The notes beneath the pieces were generated by a model. It ran no database searches. It saw nothing but the letters and a program-made list of their open reading frames with translations, and was not told the DNA's origin. From NCBI GenBank assembly GCA_040754625.1, contig JBFMCF010000068.1, forward strand, positions 2,876 through 66,875: a stretch of DNA of 64,000 bases. Reading direction: 5' to 3'. Every line of letters starts with the position of its first letter. Positions within the stretch are counted from its first letter, which is position 1. Both the position numbers and the translations under genes were made by a program. This stretch comes from a bacterium. Its GTDB lineage: Bacteria; JACRDZ01; JAQUKH01. Positions 57,028 through 64,000 of this stretch are shown piece by piece.

Positions 57028-57183
57028 TAAATAAAGAAATTTTATACAACTGACGGCTGTTATATATCTTACGGGGTATATAATTTAGGATGGTGCTTAC
57101 CATCGGGGAGTATGAAATAGATTAAATAATTAGTCGACCGTCTGGGCATTCTATGATGAAATTGAATACTCAGGCGGTTTTTT
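57028..57183 (+). ncRNA. Candidate about 155-nt structured RNA (small RNA or riboswitch/attenuator leader of the fdh operon)
   Basis: Bounded by the promoter above and the intrinsic terminator below. Contains a perfect hairpin GATGGT-GCTT-ACCATC (about 57089-57104). No ORF and no known RNA family recognised. Confidence 0.3.
57138..57183 (+). terminator. Rho-independent terminator/attenuator upstream of fdhA
   Basis: CCGUCUGGGCAUUC (57138-57151) pairs with GAAUACUCAGGCGG (57164-57177). This is 14 bp with 2 G-U pairs and 1 mismatch, followed by UUUUUU (57178-57183). Confidence 0.6.
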
Positions 57184-57246
57184 ATTAAAAGAGACTCCGT
57201 AATTAGTAAGTGGTAACTGGTTACGAATTATTATTTGGAGGAAAAT

Positions 57247-59943
57247 ATGCAGAAAGTAACATTGACAATTGACGGGAAAACTTGTTTTGGCAAAGAAGGC
57301 CGGACAGTTTTAGAAGTGGCCTTGGAAAATGGAATCAATATCCCTCATTTATGTTATGATCCCAGATTGGAAGCGTATGGCGGATGCCGGATGTGTCTGG
57401 TCGAAATTGAGGGTATGCGGGGGATGGTGACCTCCTGCACGGTAAAAGTTAAAGAAGGAATGAAGGTAGTTACGGACAACGAACTTCTGCATCATCACCG
57501 CGTAATGGTTTTGAAGCTTATTTTAGCCAATCATCCTTTTGATTGTATGATATGCAGTAAATCAGGTGACTGCAGTTTACAGGAATTGGCGTATAACCTG
57601 GGGATAGAAAACATTGAACCTTTCCAGAAGGAAGAAAGAAATTTTCCTCTTACAGTAGATAATCCGCTGGTGGAATTAGACCGGAATAAGTGTATTCATT
57701 GCGGCCGTTGTATCAGGATATGCAATGAAGTTGTCCAGAGAGATGTTTTGAGTTTTGCAAAACGCGGGTTTAACACAGTAGTAACTACGCCAATTTATCG
57801 TTCGTTTGAAGAATCGGATTGTGAATTTTGCGGCCAGTGTATTTCATCCTGCCCGACAGGGGCTTTAACGGAAAAGCCAAGTAAAGGTAAAGGAAGAACA
57901 TGTGATATTAAAAGGGTGAGAACTACGTGCGGATATTGCGGGACAGGATGCAATTTTTATCTTAATGTAAATATTAAGGGAAAAAAAGTGGTTAAGGTTA
58001 CTTCTTGTTTTGAGGGGCCGGTGAATAACGGGAATCTTTGCGTTAAAGGCAGGTTTGGATATGAATTTATTCATCACCCTGACAGGATTTTGAAACCTAT
58101 GATAAGGAAAAACAGCGGGTTGCAAGAAGTATCTTATGAAGAAGCTATAAACTATACAGCCGGCAGGTTTTTGGAATTAAAGAAGAAATACGGACCTGAC
58201 AGCCTTGGCGCTTTTTCTTCTTCCAGATGCACAAATGAGGAAAATTTTTTAGTCGCTAAACTTGCGCGGGCGGTATTCGGGACAAAGAATATTGATAATT
58301 GCGCGCGTGTTTGTCACGCGCCTTCGGTAACAGGTTTGTCCGCTTGTTTTGGAAGCGGTGCGGCGACCAATTCCTTTGACCAGATTGAAGGTGCTGACGT
58401 TCTTTTCATTACCGGTTCAAATACTACCGAGGCTCACCCGATAGTTGGGCTTAAGGTTAAAAGAGCGTTAAGAAAGGGTGTAAAACTGATTATTGCTGAC
58501 CCAAGGAAAATCGAACTTGTGAAACGCGCGGATATCTGGCTGGATTTGAGACCAGGGACAAATATCGCGCTTCTTAACGGAATGATGAACGTAATTATTT
58601 CCGGGAAACTGCAAAACGATAAATTTATCAGGGATAGGACTGAAGGATACGAGGCATTGAAAGAGACAGTCAAAAAGTATACCCCTCAATATGTGGAGAA
58701 AATTACAGGCGTGGATAGAAATAAAATTATTGAAGCTGCAAAATTGTATGCTAAAGCTCCTAAATCAATGATTCTTTACAGCCTTGGAATGACGGAACAT
58801 GTTACAGGTACCTACAATGTAATGTCAATGGGAAACCTGGCCATGCTCTGCGGCCATGTGGGGCGCGAATCTACAGGTGTTAACCCGCTTCGCGGACAGA
58901 ACAATGTACAGGGAGCCTGTGATATGGGAGCGCTTCCAAATGTGTTTTCCGGGTATCAGTCTGTGGAAGACCCGGTTGTCCGGTCGAAATTTGAAAAAAT
59001 CTGGGGTGTGTCTCTTCCTGATAAAAAAGGTTTGCAGTCAACAAAAATGATTGAGGCGGCCCACGAAGGAAAACTTAAAGGCCTGTTTATTTTAGGTGAA
59101 GACCCGTGCCATACCGATCCCAATATGAATCTTGTAAGAAAATCGCTGGAAAATCTTGAGTTTTTAGTTGTCCAGGAATTATTTCCGACAAAAACCACTG
59201 AAATTGCCGATGTGGTTTTGCCCGCGGCCAGTTTCGCGGAATGCAACGGGACATTTACAAACGGTGAAAGAAGGATTCAATTGGTTCGAAGGGCGATACC
59301 GCCGCTCTGCGGCAGGGAAAACTGGCAGACGATTTGTGATCTTTCAACAGCGATGGGTTATCCGATGCATTATAACCATCCGTCGGAAATTATGGAAGAG
59401 GTTGCCTTTTTAAGTCCGATATTTGCGGGGGTGACTTATGAGCGCCTCGCAGACAAAGGACTGCAGTGGCCTATTCCTGACAGGAAACACATGGGGACAT
59501 GTACAATGTATGAAAAGGCTTTCAATTTCCCTGCAGGGTTGGGAAAATTTAACGCGATTCAACATAAAGATCCGGCTGAGATGCCGGATAAAAAATATCC
59601 TTATGTTTTAATAACAGGAAGAAGGCGTGAGCATTACAACAATGGTTCAATGTCCCGCCGGAATAAAGGTATTTTTGAACTCTGGCCGGAAGAGACGCTG
59701 GAAATTAATCCGGAGGATGCCGAAAAACTGAAGATATCCGACGGGGAATACATTAATTTAATTTCACGGCGCGGAAAAGTTAAAATCAAGGCGTCTATAA
59801 CAGAGAGGGCAAAGGAAGGCAGATTTTTTACGTCCTTCCATTTTATAGATACACTTACAAATACAGTAACAAATTCGGTTTTTGACCCGCTCGCGGGAAC
59901 ACCGGAATATAAGGCGTGCGCGGTGAAAGTGGAAAAAATATAA
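57247..59943 (+). CDS. fdhA: Formate dehydrogenase catalytic subunit, NAD-linked FdsA/FdhA type (2Fe-2S + 4Fe-4S + Mo/W-bisPGD), cysteine variant
   Basis: N-terminal 2Fe-2S (CRMCLVEIEG). 4Fe-4S clusters (CIHCGRCIRIC, CEFCGQCISSCP). MopB domain beginning CGYCGTGC. Active site NCARVCHAPSV, with Cys where Sec occurs in FdhF. GGAGG RBS before ATG 57247. Confidence 0.9.
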   Translation: MQKVTLTIDGKTCFGKEGRTVLEVALENGINIPHLCYDPRLEAYGGCRMCLVEIEGMRGMVTSCTVKVKEGMKVVTDNELLHHHRVMVLKLILANHPFDCMICSKSGDCSLQELAYNLGIENIEPFQKEERNFPLTVDNPLVELDRNKCIHCGRCIRICNEVVQRDVLSFAKRGFNTVVTTPIYRSFEESDCEFCGQCISSCPTGALTEKPSKGKGRTCDIKRVRTTCGYCGTGCNFYLNVNIKGKKVVKVTSCFEGPVNNGNLCVKGRFGYEFIHHPDRILKPMIRKNSGLQEVSYEEAINYTAGRFLELKKKYGPDSLGAFSSSRCTNEENFLVAKLARAVFGTKNIDNCARVCHAPSVTGLSACFGSGAATNSFDQIEGADVLFITGSNTTEAHPIVGLKVKRALRKGVKLIIADPRKIELVKRADIWLDLRPGTNIALLNGMMNVIISGKLQNDKFIRDRTEGYEALKETVKKYTPQYVEKITGVDRNKIIEAAKLYAKAPKSMILYSLGMTEHVTGTYNVMSMGNLAMLCGHVGRESTGVNPLRGQNNVQGACDMGALPNVFSGYQSVEDPVVRSKFEKIWGVSLPDKKGLQSTKMIEAAHEGKLKGLFILGEDPCHTDPNMNLVRKSLENLEFLVVQELFPTKTTEIADVVLPAASFAECNGTFTNGERRIQLVRRAIPPLCGRENWQTICDLSTAMGYPMHYNHPSEIMEEVAFLSPIFAGVTYERLADKGLQWPIPDRKHMGTCTMYEKAFNFPAGLGKFNAIQHKDPAEMPDKKYPYVLITGRRREHYNNGSMSRRNKGIFELWPEETLEINPEDAEKLKISDGEYINLISRRGKVKIKASITERAKEGRFFTSFHFIDTLTNTVTNSVFDPLAGTPEYKACAVKVEKI

Positions 59944-59945
59944 TC

Positions 59946-60002
59946 AGGGTCAAGTAGCAAAGGGTTTTTTTATTCTTGACCCATGACCCTTGACCCTCTT
60001 TT
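59946..60002 (+). terminator. Hairpin-forming element after fdhA (weak terminator/processing site)
   Basis: AGGGTCAAG (59946-59954) can pair with either of two CTTGACCC copies (59975-59982 and 59989-59997). The second is followed by CTCTTTTGG. Confidence 0.3.
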
Positions 60003-60628
60003 GGGGATTTGCCAAAAAAATGCTGGAAAAGAATAGTCGTTTTCGTGAAATAGACGATCAATTGCTAAAAGACGCGGAGCATTTCCACGGCCGGCTGGCG
60101 CCGGGCCTTTATCTCGGCTTTTTAATGGTTGAAAAAGTGCTTAAGGAACTTGGCAATTGTGAAATGATTGACGCGGCTGCCGAGAGTGTTAAATGTCTTC
60201 CTGATTCTATACAATTAATGACACCCTGCACAGTGGGAAACGGATGGCTGAAAGTTTTTGATTATGGGAATTTCGCGATAACCCTTTATGATAAGAAATC
60301 AAAAGAGGGAGTAAGGGTTAAAGTGGATTTGGATAAAATACCAAGAGGCACACTTTTTTATAAATGGATTACGCGGGAGATAGAAGAAAAAGAAAGCGAC
60401 AGCAAAGTTGTTATTGAAGATATTAAAAAATTAAAAGGCAGGATTTTTTCCTTAAAGCGGGTTAAGGTTCAGATTGAGAAAGAAAAACATCTTCCTTTGA
60501 TGAATTGCAAAAAATGCGGCGAGTCTTTCCCTGTCAAAAATAACGCTGGCGGGTTGTGCATGATTTGTCAGGGGAAGGGGTACTGGAATGAAATTCAAAA
60601 TGCAAAAATCAAAATTGATGAGTGGTAA
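59990..60628 (+). CDS. FmdE-family protein with C-terminal zinc ribbon
   Basis: HFHGRLAPGLYLGFLM is the FmdE signature (FHGHxCPG-like). The C-terminus is CKKCGESF...CMICQ. ATG 60020 (MLEKNSRF) is a likelier start than 59990. Confidence 0.75.
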   Translation: MTLFWGFAKKMLEKNSRFREIDDQLLKDAEHFHGRLAPGLYLGFLMVEKVLKELGNCEMIDAAAESVKCLPDSIQLMTPCTVGNGWLKVFDYGNFAITLYDKKSKEGVRVKVDLDKIPRGTLFYKWITREIEEKESDSKVVIEDIKKLKGRIFSLKRVKVQIEKEKHLPLMNCKKCGESFPVKNNAGGLCMICQGKGYWNEIQNAKIKIDEW

Positions 60629-61419
60629 TGGACAGGGCAATAAAATTATATAGAATTTTTTCTTTTAAAGAAAATAGCAGAAGGGAAACAAAAGACACAA
60701 TAGTTAAAGAAGAACCACTGGGTATTTTAATAAACAGTGAGCCTTACGCGGTGTTAATGAGGACCCCGGGATTTGAAGAAGATTTAGCCATGGGCTTTCT
60801 TTATAGTGAAGGAATAATCGGACGAAAGGAAGATGTTGAAGTTATACATTATTGTGAAAAGGAAAAAGAGAAAAATACGGTAGTCGTTGTTTTAAAGAAC
60901 AAAAGGATTTTGAAGAACAAAAAGCGGGCTTTTGAAGTCAGGTCAAGCTGCGGGATATGCGGCGAGGATGTTATTTGCGGTTTAGAAAAAGTTTTAAAAA
61001 AAGTCCCGTCAAGCGCGGTATTTTCGAATAAAAAATTATACGGCCTTGATAAAAAAATATTTGACTCGCAAAAGATATTCAGATTGACCGGCGGGACCCA
61101 TGCCGCGGCGTTATTTAACAAAAACGGCAGAATGCTGTTTCTAAGAGAGGATATCGGAAGGCATAACGCGTTAGATAAAATCGCGGGTTTTATAATTAAA
61201 AAGAACATCAACTGCGGTGATAAAATTGTTTTTTTGAGCGGGCGGACAAGTTATGAAATGGTTCTTAAGGCAATACGTTTAGGTGTGCCGGTTGTGGCCT
61301 CCATTTCAGGGTCAACAAGTTTGGCGGTAAACTTAAGCGAAAAGTTCGATTTAACGTTAATTGGTTTCCTCCGCGGCGATAAAATGAATATTTATACTCA
61401 CCCGTGGAGAATAAAATAA
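60628..61419 (+). CDS. fdhD: Formate dehydrogenase accessory sulfurtransferase FdhD
   Basis: Contains EEPLGILING, SSCGICG, GGTHAAAL and GRHNALDK. ATG 60628 overlaps the upstream stop (TAATG). Confidence 0.88.
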   Translation: MDRAIKLYRIFSFKENSRRETKDTIVKEEPLGILINSEPYAVLMRTPGFEEDLAMGFLYSEGIIGRKEDVEVIHYCEKEKEKNTVVVVLKNKRILKNKKRAFEVRSSCGICGEDVICGLEKVLKKVPSSAVFSNKKLYGLDKKIFDSQKIFRLTGGTHAAALFNKNGRMLFLREDIGRHNALDKIAGFIIKKNINCGDKIVFLSGRTSYEMVLKAIRLGVPVVASISGSTSLAVNLSEKFDLTLIGFLRGDKMNIYTHPWRIK

Positions 61420-61420
61420 C

Positions 61421-61456
61421 GGTTTAAACTGTTTAAACCGTTTGAACTGTTTGAAC
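61421..61456. repeat. Tandem 9-bp NGTTTAAAC array, copy 4 of 4
   Basis: GGTTTAAAC TGTTTAAAC CGTTTGAAC TGTTTGAAC, beginning 2 nt after the fdhD stop and ending about 23 nt before the NuoE-like ATG. Confidence 0.85.
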
Positions 61457-61479
61457 AGTTATTTGAAAATGGAGGTTTA

Positions 61480-62004
61480 ATGAAAGAAGGTAAAAAAACA
61501 GAAAGTAAAAATTATAAGGACAGACTCAAGGTAAAATCCAACTGTGAAACAAGCTGTAAAGCAAAAGAGGTTATAGAAAAATTTCCTCACAAAGGGAAAA
61601 AGTATATAATCCCGCTGCTGCAGAAAGTCCAGGAAATAGAAGGATATATCGGTGAATCAGCCATGGATATGGTATCGGAAAAACTTAATGTCCCAATGAG
61701 CCAGATTTACGGTGTGGTTACTTTTTATTCTCTTTTCAGGCTGCAGCCCCTGGGAAAATACCATCTTAAACCGTGCCAGGGAACAGCGTGTCATGTCAGG
61801 GGTTCAAAAAGAATACTGAACGCGATAAAGAATAAACTGGAAATCCGTGATATTGACACCACGCTTGATAATAAGTTTACATTAACTCCTGTTGCGTGCC
61901 TTGGGACCTGCGGATTGGCCCCGGTTATGATGATAGGGGATACGGTGTACGGCAATCTGAACGAGGAAAAAGTGGGAAAGATAATAGATAAACTGAAATT
62001 TTGA
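61480..62004 (+). CDS. NuoE/HydC-like thioredoxin-fold 2Fe-2S subunit
   Basis: 174 aa. Contains PLLQKVQEIEGYI, CQGTACHVRG and CLGTCGLAP. Confidence 0.85.
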   Translation: MKEGKKTESKNYKDRLKVKSNCETSCKAKEVIEKFPHKGKKYIIPLLQKVQEIEGYIGESAMDMVSEKLNVPMSQIYGVVTFYSLFRLQPLGKYHLKPCQGTACHVRGSKRILNAIKNKLEIRDIDTTLDNKFTLTPVACLGTCGLAPVMMIGDTVYGNLNEEKVGKIIDKLKF

Positions 62005-62035
62005 GACCATAGTTTAAATTTACACGAGGAGAACA

Positions 62036-63832
62036 ATGATGAAAAAAAGAGGTAAGGTTTACATCGGTATGGCCACATGCGGCCTTGCAGCCGGGGCAAA
62101 AGATGTCTATGATACTTTTATTTCCGAATTAGGGAAAGAAACAAAAAATATTGAGATTATATCGACAGCCTGTATAGGGATGTGTTCCCGCGAGGTGCTT
62201 GTGGATGTAGAATTGGAAGGGAAGGCCCGTGTTACATATGAAAAGGTAAAACCGGATATGGTCAGAAAAATCATTGCAGAACATATCAAAGAGAATAAAC
62301 CCGTTAAAGAATGGATTTTCGGCCAGATGGAGGGAAAAAAAGGTTATCCTGATATCAATTATTATAAGGACCTGCCTATGTTTAAACATCAGGTACGGGT
62401 AGTTTTGCGAAATTGCGGTTTTATTGACCCTGATAAAATTGATGATTATATTAAAGCCGGCGGTTATAAAGCTCTCAAAAAAGCTTTAAAAATGAAACCC
62501 TCAGAAGTGATAGATGAAATTAAAAAGTCGGGACTCAGGGGAAGGGGTGGTGCAGGATTCCCCACTGGAATTAAATGGGAGTTATGTTCTAAATCTGTTT
62601 CTTCCCAAAAATATTTTATTTGCAACGCGGATGAAGGAGACCCGGGCGCGTTTATGGACAGAAGCACTTTGGAAGGAGACCCGCACGCGGTTATTGAGGG
62701 CATGATAATCGGGGGTTATGCGATTGGCGCAGGCAAGGGCTATATATACTGCAGGGCGGAGTATCCGTTAGCCCTGAAACGGCTGGATAAAGCGTTAGCC
62801 CAGGCACGGGAAAAAGGTTTTCTGGGGAAGAAAATATTTGGCGGTAAATTTGATTTTGATATTGAAGTAAAAGAGGGCGCCGGGGCGTTTGTATGCGGAG
62901 AAGAGACGGCGCTGATGGCCTCTATTGAGGGTGAACGCGGTATGCCAAGACCGAGGCCTCCGTACCCTGCTCAATCAGGCCTGTGGGGGAAACCGACAAA
63001 TATCAATAACGTTGAAACATTGGCTAACGTTCCGTTTATTATCAATGCGGGTGCGGAGAAATTTGCCGCGCTGGGGACGGAAAAAAGCAAAGGGACTAAA
63101 GTATTTGCTATTACAGGGAAAGTGAAAGATTCCGGTTTGATAGAGGTCCCTATGGGTATCACAATCAATGACATGGTTTATAAAGCTGCCGGAGGTATGA
63201 TTAGCAGGAAAAAGTTTAAAGGTATCCAGATTGGCGGGCCGTCGGGCGGATGTGTTCCCGCGTCTTTAGGGGATACAAAAGTTGATTATGAATCTTTGGT
63301 TTCTGTCGGGGCCATTATGGGTTCCGGGGGCGCTGTTGTGCTGGACGAAGGGACCTGTATGGTCGATATGGCAAGATTTTTTCTGGAATTTACAGCGAAT
63401 GAATCCTGCGGGAAATGTTCTCCCTGCCGTTTGGGAATACGCCAGTTATTGCATGTTATCAATCGTATCTGCGCCGGTAAAGGGGAAATTTCGGACAAGG
63501 CAAATTTAGTCAAAATGGCTGAAACTATTAAGAGCTGTTCTCTTTGCGGGCTGGGGCATACCGCGCCAAATCCTGTAATGAGCACGCTGAGGTATTTTGA
63601 TAAAGAATATGATGAGCATATTTTAGAGAAAAAATGCAAAGCTGGAACGTGTGTTGATCTTTTAAAGTTTGAAGTAGATGAATCCCGGTGCAAAAAATGC
63701 GGTATTTGCGTTAGCGCCTGTACTGTTAACGCGATACAGGGCGGGGCAAAAAGTATTGCGAATATAATAAAGGAAAAATGCGTAAAATGCCGTAAATGCA
63801 TCGAGGCCTGCCCGTTCTGCGCGATTTATTAA
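62036..63832 (+). CDS. NuoF/HydB-like NAD(P)H-binding FMN flavoprotein with extra N-terminal 2Fe-2S and C-terminal 2x[4Fe-4S] domains
   Basis: 598 aa. Contains GRGGAGFPTGIKW, ICNADEGDPGAFMDR and ESCGKCSPCR. The C-terminal ferredoxin motifs are CKKCGICVSAC and CVKCRKCIEACP. Confidence 0.88.
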   Translation: MMKKRGKVYIGMATCGLAAGAKDVYDTFISELGKETKNIEIISTACIGMCSREVLVDVELEGKARVTYEKVKPDMVRKIIAEHIKENKPVKEWIFGQMEGKKGYPDINYYKDLPMFKHQVRVVLRNCGFIDPDKIDDYIKAGGYKALKKALKMKPSEVIDEIKKSGLRGRGGAGFPTGIKWELCSKSVSSQKYFICNADEGDPGAFMDRSTLEGDPHAVIEGMIIGGYAIGAGKGYIYCRAEYPLALKRLDKALAQAREKGFLGKKIFGGKFDFDIEVKEGAGAFVCGEETALMASIEGERGMPRPRPPYPAQSGLWGKPTNINNVETLANVPFIINAGAEKFAALGTEKSKGTKVFAITGKVKDSGLIEVPMGITINDMVYKAAGGMISRKKFKGIQIGGPSGGCVPASLGDTKVDYESLVSVGAIMGSGGAVVLDEGTCMVDMARFFLEFTANESCGKCSPCRLGIRQLLHVINRICAGKGEISDKANLVKMAETIKSCSLCGLGHTAPNPVMSTLRYFDKEYDEHILEKKCKAGTCVDLLKFEVDESRCKKCGICVSACTVNAIQGGAKSIANIIKEKCVKCRKCIEACPFCAIY

Positions 63833-63853
63833 AATGATTTATTATGGTAAAAT

Positions 63854-63894
63854 ACAGGGAGAATGATAAACTGGTCGTTCTCCCTGTTTATTTT
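63854..63894 (+). terminator. Rho-independent terminator of the fdh-nuoEF operon
   Basis: ACAGGGAGAA (63854-63863) pairs perfectly with TTCTCCCTGT (63878-63887), followed by TTTATTTT. Confidence 0.7.
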
Positions 63895-63933
63895 GGGATT
63901 AAAATTTCAATGGAAAATTTGGAGAAATAAAAT

Positions 63934-64000
63934 ATGAACCAGGCGTTTAAAATTATATATGAAGATGATGTTTTGCTTGTGGTTGATAAATCCGCGGGTC
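63934..64000 (+). CDS. RluA/RluD-family pseudouridine synthase, N-terminal 22 codons only (runs off the window)
   Basis: MNQAFKIIYEDDVLLVVDKSAG matches the conserved (I/V)YEDxxLLVVNKPAG start of the catalytic domain. GGAGA RBS upstream. Confidence 0.55.
   Translation, partial: MNQAFKIIYEDDVLLVVDKSAG

Noticed and set aside
57028-57183. Assignment of the fdhA leader to the molybdenum-cofactor riboswitch, or to tRNA, SRP or 6S RNA
   Set aside because: I could not find the conserved sequence blocks of any of these families by eye. It is kept only as an unclassified candidate RNA pending a covariance-model scan.
57247-59943. Possible selenocysteine (in-frame TGA) and SECIS element in the formate dehydrogenase gene
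   Set aside because: The ORF is uninterrupted. The position homologous to Sec in FdhF-type enzymes is a TGT/TGC-encoded Cys (NCARVCHAPSV).

Overview
Low-GC bacterial chromosomal segment, probably from an uncultivated anaerobe; taxonomy cannot be fixed from the sequence alone. All domain calls rest on motifs read by eye in the translations, with no alignments or database searches. No rRNA, tRNA, CRISPR array, transposase or integrase was recognised.

Gene content, left to right:
- cstA (partial).
- Cell-envelope operon on the minus strand: rlmN, class A PBP, a secreted 645-aa protein, a TPR protein.
- glgX.
- A 1019-aa secreted LVIVD-repeat protein.
- Signalling cluster: REC-GGDEF-HD-GYP, a kinase relic, GAF-HK, a membrane HK, CheY, then Rel/SpoT.
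- Central-metabolism cluster: LeuCD-type dehydratase, IDH-type dehydrogenase, PAS-HK, mdh, then (after the first defence pair) DJ-1/PfpI, fumarase alpha, glpX, a lipoate ligase-like gene and an EamA transporter.
- Split glycogen regulon: glgB, malQ, galT-like, then glgA, a radical SAM gene, an HTH-CBM48 regulator, a GT4/5 synthase-like gene and DUF4912.
- pcm.
- NAD-linked formate dehydrogenase operon: fdhA (Cys type), fmdE-like, fdhD, NuoE-like, NuoF-like.
- Start of an RluA/RluD-type pseudouridine synthase.

Two accessory, defence-like insertions stand out:
1. 25.9-30.2 kb: a translationally coupled pair. The first gene is an AlbA_2/Schlafen + HATPase_c_4 protein. The second is a 1027-aa STAND NTPase (cyclase-like N-domain, NACHT, 7 near-identical HEAT repeats).
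2. 39.7-49.5 kb: a TA-rich island that splits the glycogen genes. It holds vapBC, AbiEi/AbiEii, a frameshifted UPF0175 gene and dinJ-yafQ. Its core is an unclassified two-gene operon: an SNF2-family helicase (about 1014 aa) followed by a 1007-aa sacsin/NOV-type GHKL ATPase ending in a CxxC...CxxC zinc ribbon. This operon is my best candidate for an undescribed system.

Other notable signals:
- A dispersed family of tandem 9-bp NGTTTAAAC arrays at four gene junctions.
- An orphan consensus promoter, about 155 nt of structured RNA and a strong intrinsic terminator upstream of fdhA.
- A consensus promoter with a perfect 14-bp inverted-repeat operator in front of abiEi.
- A deletion relic of a Ser/Thr-kinase-GAF-HK fusion.
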